Below are positions 14,262 through 30,547 of a DNA stretch of 64,000 nt, in pieces (positions within the stretch are counted from its first letter, which is position 1; each line of letters starts with the position of its first letter). The position numbers were made by a program, and so were the translations under genes. Under the pieces are notes generated by a model. That model was not told the origin of the DNA. It was given only the letters and a program-made list of their open reading frames with translations, and did no database searches. The DNA is from the human T2T-CHM13v2.0 reference genome, Homo sapiens: NCBI RefSeq assembly GCF_009914755.1, contig NC_060930.1. One strand, written 5' to 3'.

Positions 14262-14921
14262 CAGGGAGATCATCCTTAATGATTGTTTTTCTACATACTT
14301 CCTAAGCTAGGACAATGAAAACAAAAATTAGAAGGAGCCCTTTGAAAGGCCTTCCATTTTAAGTCTATTGGCAGCTCGATCTGAGAAGCATTTTTCTTAA
14401 AGAGATGGGTGCAGAGGGCCTTTTGCAAAGTGAGTCAACATGAGCCCCACAGAGTGCAGGGTGTTGGCCGGATGGCCAGCTCCCCTGGCTCTCATTTCTG
14501 CTGTCATCATTTTTCTCCACAGCTCAAGCCTCATGAAAGCTGCAGGGTACCCTCAGATGCCCCATGTCCTTCTGGAGTTTACAAATGTGGCTCAAACACG
14601 GTGGGTAGGGCCAGTTGGGATCACAGGAACTCACGCTACACTCCCGGTGAGGTCATGAAAGAGCCTGAGTCCTGCTGCCAAGAGGGGTTATTTCTTACCA
14701 AATGGTTTCCAGTGGTTTCACAGAATTCCTTATACACTCTAAGCCGGAGCTTTCATTCCTGAACACTACAATTCAGGGCCTACAGTTCATTCCTCAAAAA
14801 TGAGGCCATAATTCAGTTGAGGTCATTTGTTTTCTAATTCCTCTTCAGTATCTGTTTGGAAAATCACTTACTTAGCTTTCTTCATCCACTCACAGTGTCA
14901 TTACTCTGAACTTTTAACATA

Positions 14922-16100
14922 AGTGTGTATATGTGTGTGTGTGTGTACACATACAGTTTATATATATATACACTTTATATACATACGTATATGTACACAC
15001 ACACTTTTTATGTATTTATATATTTAAAGTATATACTTTATATATACATATATTTGAAGTATTTATGTATATAAAAATATGTATATATAAAGTATATCTG
15101 TAAAGTATAATATATATTATAAAGTATATATACACCTAATTATACATACTTGAAATATATATACTGTATATATGTATATAAAGTATATGTATACATAAAG
15201 TATATATGTAAAGTATAATGTATATAATTTATATATGATATTATATATGATAAAGTATAAAGTATAAATAGTACATATATTATGAAGTATATGTACTTTA
15301 TATAAAGTATATATAGCATGTATTATAAGGTATACATATTATACATACTTTATATATTATAAAGTATGTATATATAATATGTAATATACATATCATGTAC
15401 ATCATAATATTATATATTATATACATAATAATAAATATATAATATACATTATAATAATGTATTATATATTATATACATTATAATAATATATACTATACAT
15501 TATAATAATATATGTTACATACTCTATACATTGTGATAATGTTATATATCATATATTATAATTATATATTATATTATATGCATTAAAATAATATGTATTA
15601 TATATTATATACATTATAAAAATATATCTTATATATTATAATATATTATTACTTTATTATATATAATTGAATATGCATATTATGTGTACATATTATATAA
15701 TATATACATTATAAAATATATAATATAATAAAGTATGTATAATATGTATAATATAAAATATACTATGCATATTATACATACTTTATATATAGTGTATATA
15801 TACGTGAAGTATATATATTATAAAGTATATATAAAGTATATACTTAAAGTATATATAGAAAGTATATAGAAGTATATAAGTATATGTAAGTATATACCAC
15901 GTATACACTTATATATATTTATATACTTCTATATACTATATATATACTATGTATACTATGTATATGTAGAAGTATATATACTATATATACTATGTATATA
16001 TAGAAGTATATATGCCACTCTAAAGTATATATAAGTATATAACCTTTATATATTTTATGTATATCTAAGTGTATGTAATGTATTTATGTGTATATACATG
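14922..16100. repeat. AT-rich (TA)n-derived degenerate minisatellite
   Basis: ~1.15 kb of TATA/AAAGTATAT/ATACATTATA units, very low GC. Confidence 0.95.
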
Positions 16101-16368
16101 TAATCACCTGACTTCCACAATACTGATGGCTTACAGCTTTTTGCACACTTAACTTTCTTCCTTTCCTATCCCCGACTTAAGCTATAATATTGGAAGGTTT
16201 GAGGACTGGTTGGTGACCCGTACTTTCCTGCTGTAAAAGTGTCTCACCTGAGGAAGTGACACGGTCATAGACCAAGGAGACTGTGTCCTTTCCTCTCACA
16301 TATGGGGTTTGGAGAGGAAGGATTGCTCCCCTTCTGGGACTCATGACCCGTGTTTTATTATTTGCCTT

Positions 16369-16841
16369 TGTATTAATTTCCTATTCCTTCTATTATAAAT
16401 TATCACAAACTTAGTGGCTTAAAACAATTTGTTATCTTACAGTTCTGACGACAGAAGTCAAAAATCTGTCTCACTGGACCAAAGTCAAGGTGCCAGCAAG
16501 CCAGTGAGGCTGGATGCTTCTGGAGGCTCTAGGGGACATTCCATTCCTTGCCTTTTTCAATTTCTAGAGGCTGCCAGCCCTCCCCGACTCCTGGCCTCAT
16601 CACCCCACCTCTGCTTCCATCATCCAATCTTCTTCTCTGATCCTGACCCTCATGTCCCCTTCTCACAGGACCCTGCAGATTAAACTGGGCTCACCCAGTT
16701 AATGCAGAATAATCTCCCCATCTAAAATCCTTAAGTTAATTGCATCAATAAAGTCTCTTTTGCCATGTAAGGTAACACAGTCATAGGTTCTAGGGATTAG
16801 GATGTAGACATCTTTAGGGGGCCATTGTCCTATCTAGCACA
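16369..16841 (-). mobile_element. MLT1D/E-type MaLR solo LTR
   Basis: tgtattaatttcctatt...aaacttagtggcttaaaacaa...ggggccattgtcctatctagcaca. Confidence 0.8.
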
Positions 16842-17216
16842 GTCCACAAGGCAAAATGCTGAAATTGTGACCCTACAGAATGTCCCACCAGCCAAGGAAG
16901 ATTTTACTTATTGCCTACAGTTCAAGCAGCTTGGAACCGTAACACAAAACAATTCCCAGACACCTCAGAAAGGGGGCAGCAGATCAATATTTTTGATAGG
17001 GCTTAGAGATGCGTTTTTACCAGCAGGGAGTCAATATGAAGGTATGAGAAGATAGAAAAAAGGGATGTGGAGACTTACATGAATGTAATAGTCATCATAA
17101 CATCTGCCATTTACTAAACCTTCATGTCCTTGACCTAGGGCTAGGCACGGTGTATGCTGTTTCACTGAATCTGCACAAATAGGCATTGATGTCCTTGTTT
17201 TAAAGAGGAGGAAACT

Positions 17217-17541
<325 letters not shown>

Positions 17542-17636
17542 ACGATGAGGAAACGAATTTGTACAAGGATAATGGGCCTTACAGCTTCTAGTCTAGGTAG
17601 GTTCCCCAGGACCACTGCTTGTCAGTAGAGATAATG

Positions 17637-17742
17637 ATGTTTCTGAATGTGTTTTTAAATCACTAGAGTTACCTTCCCTGAAAAGAGTACCTTTAGCCTT
17701 CCCAGAACCTTCTGCTGTGGGTTAATTTCATCTTCCCTTATG
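17637..17742 (+). repeat. Local direct repeat A, copy 1
   Basis: ~84% identical to 18624-18729 by hand alignment. Confidence 0.9.
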
Positions 17743-18314
17743 TCAGCAGAATGAGTCTGGCCATTGTTAGAGAGGATGGTGTTTATCCTTCCGGACATCG
17801 CCCATTACTTTCTTTCTCCACTCAGCTGACCAGCAGTCTGTTGGATCTACTTGACTTTCATTAGAACAGAAACTACAGTGTTTTAATGATGGGCATTCAA
17901 GACCTTGTTAGAGAATGAATTTGTATTTGATTAACATTTATTGAATACGTGTCATGGGCTGTGGGTTGAGCTGGGTAACTGGCATATAGCTCAGTAAGTG
18001 TGTGATGGAAATGGGGCTGCTGCCAGCACAGGCCACCACAGCAGTTAGGCGGTCAAGTGGCTTGTAGTGAGGAGAGCTTAAAGGTCTGCTTACCACCATG
18101 ATTTTCTGCCCTGCAGGAGAAGGGCCAGATGGCTGGACTCCATTCTGGTTTGAAGTGATTTTACTGCTTACTCTCCACTGATAGGAGTTGAGTCTCAAAA
18201 TATGTGTCAGACTAGGTCTTCCTGTCACAAATAGTGAAAGGAGAAAATAAAATCGTAATATAGGAATTTAAGCTGATTTCAACAAATCTTGACATTGCTC
18301 AGACTGTACCCAAC

Positions 18315-18516
18315 TAGGGGTGTGTTGGATCCTGAGCTGGCCCTCGAGAGCCAATTGTACACATGTTCCCAGTTCCCTGTCAAGGGATCCAGTGACATCA
18401 GGTTCATACCTTGCAACTAGCTACAGTAGGACTATTTACACCATGAAAATCTGCAAACACTACAGTTCAGGGCTTCGTTTGTTTCTCTAAAGAGCCAGTT
18501 TATCAGCATGCTACTG
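18315..18516. mobile_element. MER63A-like hAT DNA transposon
   Basis: gagagccaattgt...tatttacaccatgaaaatctgcaaac...agagccagtttatcagcatgctactg; 8-bp TSD tacccaac/tccccaac. Confidence 0.75.
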
Positions 18517-18623
18517 TCCCCAACACACACATTTTGTGTAAGTGATCATCATACTGAATTAAAATAAGTAATTAATTGACTAAATAAAGCAATGTTAATA
18601 TTTGTTAGCATTGGTAGTTTACT

Positions 18624-18729
18624 ATGTTTCTGAATATGGTTTTTTAATAACTAGACCTACTTCCCTGAAGAGAGTATCGCTAGCCTTCTCATAACCTTCT
18701 GCTGTGGGTTAGTTTCGTCTTACCCTATG
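18624..18729 (+). repeat. Local direct repeat A, copy 2
   Basis: Shares atgtttctgaat, cttccctgaa and aaccttctgctgtgggtta with 17637-17742. Confidence 0.9.
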
Positions 18730-20862
18730 CCTAGGCCTGAAAAGAGCAATATTTTAATATCGTAGATCTGTATGCTAGAAGGGATGCTAGAGGGTAAACA
18801 GAATATTTTTCCATTTGACAGACAAGGAAATGGAATTGACCCTGAATCAGAAGAGCTCCGTATCCTTCTTCTTGGATGAACCGATCCAGATCCCTTTGGG
18901 GATGTCTTTCTGCACTTTTCCCCATAGCGTCAGCTTTTGGAACTCAAAAGTAGTAGATATCCCAGGGACAGAGTATTCAAAGCTTTACTGTGTTAGGGAT
19001 CGAAGTGACAGCAGAGTAAGGAAGTAAATCCAGGATGCAGGAGTTTGGGTGGACATGCCAGGGCTGGTTTGTCTCTACCTACACTTGTGACGATTAATAA
19101 AGAAAACAAGTTCTGTTTTCCGTAAGTCCCTTATTCATTCCAAAACACCTCTGCATGCCAAGCATGGAGATCCTAGGCCCAGAGTCAGGGTCAATCGCTG
19201 GCCATTATAGGACTCTCAGCTTCAGAAACTCCCATGGCACACACGTGGCCATGGTTTCTCATTAAAAACCCAAAGCAGAGGAGGATGGTTATACTGTACC
19301 AGTGTTGTCCAGGAACTCATCCTTCCATGGCTAACCCAACCAAACAGACTAATTTGTTTTAAACATTAATATAAGCAGGAAATCTACCACAAGACCTTCT
19401 GTTGGAGGGTAGGCTATTTGTAGTTTGCATCCAGAGAAGAACATATGAATATTTCTTCTGTCAACATTCGCCTGCACTGTACGTGCTGCTCTGCTTCTCT
19501 GGCCTCAGCCCCACACTGAGCCTGTTGAGGCGTGAAGCTGAGAGGTCAAGTGTCTCATATGTGCTGAATCCCAGATGTCGCTTTCCTGCTCTCAGCCTGC
19601 AAGCCACTGAACCATGCAGGGTGAAGGTTGGAGGTCTTGGCGGTGACTCTGTGTTCCTGGGAGCAGCCTCCTTCTCTCCCCATGTCCCTCTGGCCTGCAC
19701 ATGCCACCTGTCTCCCCAACCCTGCCCCATCTTATGACAATCCCTGCAAAAATAAATGAGCAGGGAAGATTATTAACTGTTTACCTGTGAACTCTGGCAT
19801 GTTCTGAAAGCTGAGTTCTTGTGTCCAACAACCTAAGGTGAAGCTGGTTGTGTGTATTTTGCAGAGTAGCAGCTGGAAATGGGCTTTCTGATTCTAGAAG
19901 AGCCCCATTGGCTGTAGATGAATGTAGCCAATATTTCTAGCAATTTGTCCTGGCCTCTCATTTTCCCTCCTTCTAAAAACTTCTTAGCCATGGCTTCCAG
20001 GTATAAAGTGACTAAGATACGCCTTCGTTATTCTTGACCCAGGGCCCCAGGAAAGAGTTTCTGAGGCTTGACACAGGTGGGGTTTGCAGAAAAAACATCA
20101 CACAGTGAAGTGACAAGTTTAGAGGCAGGGGGAATCATTGAGGATTCCCATGTTGTGAAGCAGGAGGCGAGTTGTAATGTTGAGGGACCTGAAGAAGTTA
20201 GAGGCACGGGGAAGGAAAAAGGAAGAGGATTTTGTTACTGATTGGATTTAGAGATTCAAGAATAAACAAGAAACAAGTATGACTCTGAGGGTTTGAGCCT
20301 GAGCCATGGGAGAATGGAGGAACCATTGACAGAAGTTGGGAGGGATAAAATGGGACCAGTGCTAGAGTGATGAGTACCTGAGAGAAAAATTCTTGAATGT
20401 CACTAATATTACTAAACATGGATTTGTTGTACTAGCCATGGTGGAACGATACCATAGTTACGTTCCTAAAAAGAAATCACAAGCCTTGACCTAGCTAAGG
20501 CAATTGCGCTGAGGGCTGAAAGAAAACAAAATAAAGTGTTTGTTCCCACCTCCCCTCTTCTCCTGGGCTTATAATCATTGACAGGTTACTACTGCTATGC
20601 ATTTATAGCTTTTTGGAACAGAGCAAGATTCTTGGCTACCACCCAGGGAAGGCTGTCTAGCAGAGTGAGGCCACATGGAAAGTTTCAGTCCCAGGAAGGT
20701 TCATCCTGAGTCTTTCACTGATTTCACAAACACAATGAATTGAGTATCCTGTAGGCCAGGCCCCGGGCTAGGCCCTGGGGGGATAAGGTAAACAATACCA
20801 ACACAGGCCCCCCTAATCCCAAGCACAATCAGCAGTCTCTTAAGACTTTTGTCTGGAAAGGC

Positions 20863-21190
20863 TGTTGGTCTGCTCTGGCCATCATCACAAAGTACCATGG
20901 ACTCCAGGCTGGAAATCTAAGATCAAGCTGTGGGCAGAACTGGTTTCTCCCAAGGCCTCTCTCCTTGGCTTGTAGATGGCATCTCCTTCCAGTGTATTTG
21001 TGTCCTCATCTCCCCTTCTTATAAGGACAGCAGCCATAGTAAATCAGGGCCCACATGAGTGACCTCATTTTACCTTAATTACCTTCTTAACCGGCCTGTC
21101 TCCAAATACAGTCACACATTTTGAGGTCCTAGGGGGTTAGGACTTCAATATATGAATTTGTGAGAGTGGGACACAATTCAACCCATAGCA
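20863..21190 (-). mobile_element. MLT1A/B-type MaLR LTR, internally deleted
   Basis: ggcctctctccttggcttgtagatggc...ctccaaatacagtcaca...gggacacaattcaacccatagca. Confidence 0.8.
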
Positions 21191-21844
21191 GGCTAGTCCC
21201 TGGCTGCCCATCTCGTCAGGGACTATTCTGTGGGATTCTGTGTAAGCAGCAGCCTCGTCCTGCCTCCCAGTCCTGAGGAAGTCCATCTCGTGGGCATGGG
21301 GAAGCCAGTGTGTCTGAGTTCGTATTAAAGATGCTCTGAACAAGAAGAAAACCCATTCGCAGCATGGATGGGCCTGTCCCTCTATCCATGGATCTGTGCT
21401 CTTTGTCTTGTGGGACTTGTGGACAGAATAAACGGTGATCTGGGCTTTTTACTCATACAAATGAAATGACTGGTGTGGTGTCGGTGTGTGTGAAAGGGAA
21501 GAGTCACTGGATCCAAGTAAGCCAGACTCCTGCCCCTCAGCCCCCTCTCCAGTACACAGGACACGGGGGGCAGGGGCCCTTCCTGCTTCCACTTAGGGCC
21601 TGGAGGGTTTCTCTATCTCTGACTGGGTCCCTAGGTTCCACGTTACCCTTTGATGATGTACCCGCTCACTCATTTTGTGCTCTTCCAGCCAAGATTGTCT
21701 GTTATTTGATAGAACTGAGAAAAATCTCCAGATTGGCTGCAAAATCCAACTTTTACAGCTGTTTCCACTTCTATTTAATGTGACAACAAGATCTTTCCCT
21801 GAGATTTCTTCCAGACTCAATTTTGAGATGAAGAACCTTCTTTT

Positions 21845-23471
<1,627 letters not shown>

Positions 23472-24194
23472 CTAAACTCATGATAGAGTTTTCTCAGAGC
23501 TCACAGTTCTTTGTGACATTCTGAAATATCTTTAAACCCTTTCCACATCTACCCAGAGTTTCAGCCTGCCTGGGTGGTATGGAATCCAAATTCATGGCTC
23601 CGTGACTCAGACACACGTTGGCACTAAGTTATTTTATCTAAGACGCAAATATACTTGCTGACCCCAGCCCTAAACAGAACACATCTGGCGTGAACACACC
23701 TCTGGTTGTAGAAGGGTGAGCGCGTCTGCTGCGGGACAGTGTGTAGACACGGGGAACATTTTCCTCTGGAAGGATAAGTCCCATGAGCTTACTAGATCAT
23801 GTTCTTTGTTTTCAAATTCCAATATTCATGCCTGAATAGCTAACACAAACAGATCTTTTCCACGAGGGTTGGCAACAGTGCCTAAAATTCCATAAAAAAA
23901 AAAAATCAGACAATAGGTTGTTAACATTTAAGCCAAGTAGTAAAAAGTTGAAAGAACCCATGTTAAGCAAAGAAGTCATTCTGGGACCCCGGTTGTTAAG
24001 CCAGTATGGGACACCCATGAGCTCTGGCTTGGTGTTAATGCTATTTTGACGAAGCTATTTTATACTTGATTGTTTAAGAGGGAAAAAGCTCTGTCCTTGT
24101 AAAATTGAGAATGTCTTAACGTGAGCACTCTAGACTGCCTGACATGCGGGCCGAGGCTTCTCTTTCTCACATTTTGTTATCAGGGCAGTTCTTT

Positions 24195-24475
24195 GCAGGT
24201 TGGTGTCCCTGGAGAAGATGCTGAGATGGAGATTTGCCTGACTCTGGAATGCTCTCAGGATCAACATCCACGAGGGCAGAGGGAAAAGTTGGTGTGAGGC
24301 AGTCACCAGAGTTCTCAGCTAATCCCAGGGGCATGGTCCATCAGAGAGATCTGATTTTGGGCAAGGGGACCAGGCATAGATATCCTGCATTGGCTGTTGG
24401 CAATGTGCTTTCCCAGGAAGGAGGGTGACCTTGAGTGAGCATCTCTCTTGAGCAAAGTTAACTCTCAAAGAGGAC
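24195..24475 (-). mobile_element. Old ERVL LTR fragment (LTR33/LTR16-like), interrupted by MSTA
   Basis: ctgagatggagatttgc...caggatcaacatc...ctcagctaatccca...ggaggg tgaccttgagtgag resembles recalled ERVL LTR consensus. Confidence 0.4.
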
Positions 24476-24896
24476 TATATTAATCCATTCTTGCACTGCT
24501 ATAAAAAAAATACCTGAGACTGGGTAATTTATAAGAAAAGAAGTTTGTCTCACAGTTCTGCAGGCTGTAGAGGAAGCACAGAGGCTTCTGCCTCTGGGGA
24601 GGCCTCAGGAATCTTCCAGTCATTATGGAAGGCAGAACGGAAGCAGGCATCTCACATGGCGGGAGCAGAAGCAAGAGGGAGAGGGGGAAGATGCCACACT
24701 CTTTTAAACTAGCGGATCTCATGAGATCTCACTCCCTTTCACCAGAACAGCACCAAGGGGGAAATCCACCTCCGTGATTCAGTCACCTCCCACCAGGCCC
24801 TATGATTCAATCACCTCCCACGAGGCCCCACCTCCAACACTGGGGATTACGAGATGACCTGAGATTTGGGCAAGGACACAGAGCCAAACCATAACA
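24476..24896 (-). mobile_element. MSTA-type MaLR solo LTR
   Basis: cttgcactgctataaa...tacctgagactgggtaatttataagaaaag...ccaaaccataaca; 5-bp TSD aggac at 24471 and 24897; internal 28-bp tandem duplication near 24775-24830. Confidence 0.9.
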
Positions 24897-25059
24897 AGGA
24901 CTGACCGTATTGGGCGTGAATTCTCCCTTTTTGAAGGGGGAAATTTAGGCAGTAGCACAGTATCCATGACATTCCCTATGTTTTGTGGAGGATTATTGAG
25001 GAGTTTGTAGGATATACATAGACGTGCATATATATGAATACTAATGATAAAATAATGGC

Positions 25060-25560
25060 AGAAATCAGGAACATAAATAATGGGAAACCTGACTACAGTG
25101 GATTAAACACAGAGTGGCTTATTTTGTATTATACAAAAGGAGGTCTGCAGGTAGGCACGCAGGAATGGGCCATCCAGGCATCTGCAACATGAGGGATGTA
25201 GGCTTGGCCCATCTTTCTACACACCATTCTCTTGCCAATCAATTGTCATGCTTGTTCCCTTGTGGCTGCAGGATGGCTGCTCCTTCTAAGCAGGAATGAG
25301 GGCAGGGCAAAGGTGCAAAGGGCAACAAAAGGGCTTTCTTTTAGTAAGGTTTTCCTTTTTTTATTTTGAGAAGGGGACCTCTTTCTTGGGGACTTTTACC
25401 TGCAGCTCACTGGCCAGCATCTTGTCACATGGCTGCTTTTAGTGGTGAAAGAAGCTGAGAAATTTACATAGTAGTTTCAGCTGGGTACTTTGCTCCCCTA
25501 GCACAATTATGATTCTGTTAGCCAGGAACAAGGGAAGCATATGAGACAGGCAACATCAGT
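25060..25560 (-). mobile_element. Old MLT1 (J/K/L-type) LTR
   Basis: cagtggattaaaca...tgcaggatggctgct...cactggccagcatcttgtcacatggc...gctgagaaat. Confidence 0.55.
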
Positions 25561-25765
25561 GTTGTCTCTCTGTCCCCTAGGGCAGATTGAGTCTCTGAAT
25601 TAATTAAGAATTTAGTGATTGAAGCTCAACCACATGAACTCCTTTTCCCTCTCTTCCTTCTCTTAAACGTATTTACTCTGTGCCTATGTGATCATATAAG
25701 ACGGTAAAGGAAAGGAAGTTGTTGAAGGTGCTTCCTAGACATCTGCTTGGGAAGCCAGCAATGCT

Positions 25766-26157
<392 letters not shown>

Positions 26158-27114
26158 TCAGAGAACATTTTCTTCATTAAATCAAATTCCACCTTTGCCA
26201 TGCCTGAGGTGGTCATTCCATTCTCATAACTATCTCTGGGGCTTTCATGTCTATTCTGCTACTTGACACTTGCCATGGGCTTCCTGGTACAATTACAGAT
26301 TCCTTTCCTCCCCAAATCGTGTGAGCTCTGAGGTTGCCTGAGTCCTATGAGCCTTCTCCTTATGCTTCTGTTTCACTCAGCATTCTCCAAGGTGTGTCTG
26401 TGCCTCGAGGGCAGAAGATAGTGGGAAGGGGTGAGATCCAAGAATCCTGGCTAGAGCAAGGCGGGAGTCCTTGCAGAACATGTTGGGGAGCTCCCTTAGA
26501 TGACATGGCAAGCTCAGAAATAGAAGCCAGGACAGAAGCTCACTCTCCTGAGGCACTCAGTGGACTCAGGATTAGGGAGTTGTGTGAAGAGGCTGTGGAA
26601 CCTGAACCTCTGTCGTGGGGACAACCCTGGGGAGGGGCTATGACTCAGGTGATTCCTGGGGCTCAGCGGCAGCCCTAGGACCCTCTTGGACCCAGGTTGG
26701 GCCAAAAGCAGATGGTGACGTGATTTGAAGCCCTGTGAACTGGGCGTTGGGAGGCAGGTAGAGGGGCGTGGGGATGGATGAGGACTGAGTGCACTTGGTA
26801 TACCCTGTTAAGACTGTTCTGGAACTTGTGGCAAGACAGACAGGTGGCTGGTCATGTGAGTGGGGAAAGGGCCATACAGGGGAGGCAGTGCATCCCTTCC
26901 TGTAGCTGCTGCTGCTGGCTTTGCCTCTCTCCCAGCCTCATCTGCTGCTACTGCAACTTCCCTCCTGCAGCTCTGCCTTTGGAGGCTGTGAGGACTTCTC
27001 AGTGACCACAGACCCTTTAGGCCCCCAAAGGAAAACCCACACTTCCCCTTTTGCAAGGATGTGAGCCTGTTACCCAGGACTTGGACCCAAGAACATCTGA
27101 GGGATACTCTTGGG

Positions 27115-27545
27115 ATTTGTACTGTGGCTCCCAAAAGATATAGATCCACTCAGAATCTCAGAATGTGACCTTATTTTGATTAAGCATCTTTGTAGATGTC
27201 ATTTAAATAAAAATCTCAAATCGAGATCATCCTGATATAGGGTGGACCCCAAATCCAGTGAGGGGTGTTGTTTCAAGAGACAAAGAAAAAGGAGCAGACA
27301 CAGAGACACTGGGAGGAGAAAGCCATGGGAGGATGGAGGCAGAGCTTGGAGTGATACACCTGCTACTAAGGAATGCCAAAGATGGCGGGAGCCACCAGCA
27401 GCTAGGAGAGAGGCGAGGAACAGATTCTCCCTGTGAGCCCCTGGAAGCAATGAACCCTGCTGCCACCTTGATTTCAGATATCTGGCCTCCAGGACTGTGA
27501 AAGAAATGAGTTTCTGTTGCTTTGAAGTACCCAATACTGTTACAC
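27115..27545 (+). mobile_element. MLT1C/D-type MaLR LTR
   Basis: gaatgtgaccttattt...gatggaggcagag...aacagattctccc...ctggcctccaggactgtga. Confidence 0.8.
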
Positions 27546-27570
27546 TGGTCTTTAAGAAAAAAATAAAATA

Positions 27571-27891
<321 letters not shown>

Positions 27892-28409
27892 TCATTTGTT
27901 GCGGTAGCCTCAGGCAATGAATGCAGGGTTGTACCAGAAAATTCCTCATCATCCACCAGTTCTGTGGTTCCTCTGACACTGTTAATGGGGGGGCACTCTA
28001 ACCCTCACTCTAATATTTCTTCTGAGTTTCTGTACTTGGCTTTCTGTGTTAGCTGGCCCTTTATCTCTGGGGCACCTCTATGCCAGAGAAGCCTTTTGTA
28101 AGAAGACTTTTGAAACTAGATCTCTATTTAGTGGCTAATCCTAACACCCAAGCAGAGATGGGCACAAAGACTGGGCTCCTAGCATGGCGCCCACTACTGA
28201 TAATCATATACAATTGACAGTTTTCAGAGTGTCCTCGCATATATCATTTCATCCTCAGAGCAACTCCATAAAGAAGCAGGTCAAGAACAGTTACTTATTT
28301 TACCCAGGGGAAAATTGAAGCTTAGAGAACATAGAACGCTTTCGCTCGTCCCATAATTTGCGAATATATTTATGATGGAATTGGAGGGGACCAGGTTCTT
28401 TCTTTCTCT

Positions 28410-28795
28410 TGCATTAGTTAGAAATGTATTTGGCAACAAGTATCAGAACTCTTGATATTTCTGATGGTGGCTTAAAGAAATAAAAGTATGCTTATCTCAG
28501 AAAATAATCATCAGAGGAGGCCAGGGCAGGGCTGGTGTGTGACCCAAACATGGCACCCTCCTATTGCTCAAGGTCGTCTTCCCATTGCTCAGCACAGAGG
28601 GCTTTCCTTCCTACTTGCCTATCTGTTTTTTAGTGTGACTGCTATACCCCCAGGCTATCCAGTAGGGAGAATGGGAAGAAGTAAGAGGGCTACAGAGCGA
28701 AGAGCTTTCTCCTAACAAAGCTCTGCCCTTTGGCTTTAGGCCTCTTCCCCAGTGACGTCTGCCTACACATCACCAGTCAGAATTGTGTCTCGTGG
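28410..28795 (-). mobile_element. Old MLT1 LTR fragment
   Basis: attagttagaaatgtatttggcaacaagtatcagaa...ggtggcttaaa...ccagtcagaattgtgtctcgtgg. Confidence 0.5.
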
Positions 28796-30406
28796 AGGGT
28801 TGCTTCCCTGAGGAACACAGGTGTGGAGAAAGGGATAAATATGGGAGGGAAAAACTCTTCAGGGTTACCATTTCGAGTATGTTTTGTTTCCTAAAGTCTG
28901 CTTAGGTTGGTACTTGCTGCAATTTTCATTTCACTTGTCAAGTCTTATGGAGAACTGCTTACTCTTACGGTTAGTAGTATTAGAACAGCCACAGTCACCC
29001 TAGTAACAATGATGATGAAAAATATGATCAACTTCCACCTGCTCATCTGACTCTTTTTTCCTAATCTTTAGCAACACTCTGTGTTAGGTGGGAACAAAAA
29101 CAATAAATACATTGCTGATTTTAATGTGAGATGTTCAAATCTCTGACATTTTTAACCTCTAAAGAAGGAGAACACAAGCTTTATTGAGGGCAAATATTTT
29201 TGTTATGTTGTTTAAAAAGTAGTATCCTGTGCCCTTGGCTCATTAGAACAGCAATAAACATGTAATGGGAAGGCTATTTTGTTTTCTGACGGGTGCTGTC
29301 ATTTGCTTTCCTGTGAAAATTTTGGATGCCAAACTGAAATGCTGAAGAAAGTCTGTGCTCTGAAAATAAAATTACATCTTCCTGGAGACCCATGGGAACA
29401 CGCAGGGGACGCTTGGCTGGGCCCTGTCAGTGACAGCTGCCATTCTGCCTGTGAAGTTCACAGATAATTAAGTTACACAGGGCGGGCTGGCTCCCAGTTG
29501 TTTCCTCCAGAGAAAGACCATTTCTTGGCCACTGAGCAGAGGTGGATTTGCCATGAAGGCCACATGAAGCTGAAGCCTGAGGGCCCCTCACTTGCGGTGG
29601 CCTGCTTGCTGCGAAGAACCCGCCAATGTCTACATAAGTCCTGTGTCTGACAGTTTGTAAGAGGAATCCTTTTTATTTCTTTTTCTTAAAGAGGGTCCCC
29701 CAGAGTGTCTAAAAGTCCAGGTTCCACCCGGGATGACATTGTCATCTCTGCATCTGGGACAACATTGTTGGCAAAAATTTCCCGAGATGCAGCAAGCATT
29801 TGCCTTTTCTCCTCCCTGTACCTCTGGTCCCCAACACAGAGCCTTTTTCTCCCCATGGCGTCTACACCTCTGGACTAGAAAAGCTCTCTGGGCCAGGCCG
29901 GAGAGGCATTCAGCCCTCCATGGCCGATTTTGAGGTGCTTTCATACTACAGAGGCATGAACAGACAGCTGCTGTACGGAGTGTTGACAGAAGAAAGCCAG
30001 GTTGGGGAAATCTTTGCCACTAAATGATCAGAAAAAAGGCCAAAAATATATCTTTTAACATGAGTGAAGTCTCTCTGGGAAAACCGCTTTGAAACCTCAA
30101 GCTAAGGGTGGATTATCCTGTCCCTGTGGTCCCAGACATCCTGACCCTACTGGTCTCTTCAGACCTGGCTCATTAGAATGACAGCCCCTGCTTTAATGTT
30201 CATTCCCCGTGCTCGTCCATGAGCTCCTCGGAGGTACTTAATTTTTATCCTCTCTGTGCCCAAGACCAGGGCTCCCCAGGGTGGCTGCTGAACAGTAGGC
30301 CCTAAAACTATTTGCTTAACCCTCTCCATCTCTCTCTTTCTCTCCCCTCTACTCCTTCCTCTCTCTCTTTCCTTCTCTCTCTTCCCACCCCCCCTCCACA
30401 TACAAT

Positions 30407-30547
30407 TCAAATAGGTGCTTATAAACATGGAGGCTGGGAAGAATTTTAATAGTTTAAGGCTAACTTCTGTGTTCATTAGACAAGAAGATGAAAAGAGAAG
30501 AAAGGGGCATTGAGACCCCCTTTTCTTTTCATTTCAGCAGGAGCAGC
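30407..30547 (+). repeat. Local direct repeat B, copy 1 (hairpin + splice-acceptor-like end)
   Basis: Matches 32793-32933; last 78 bp differ at only 2 positions. Confidence 0.95.
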
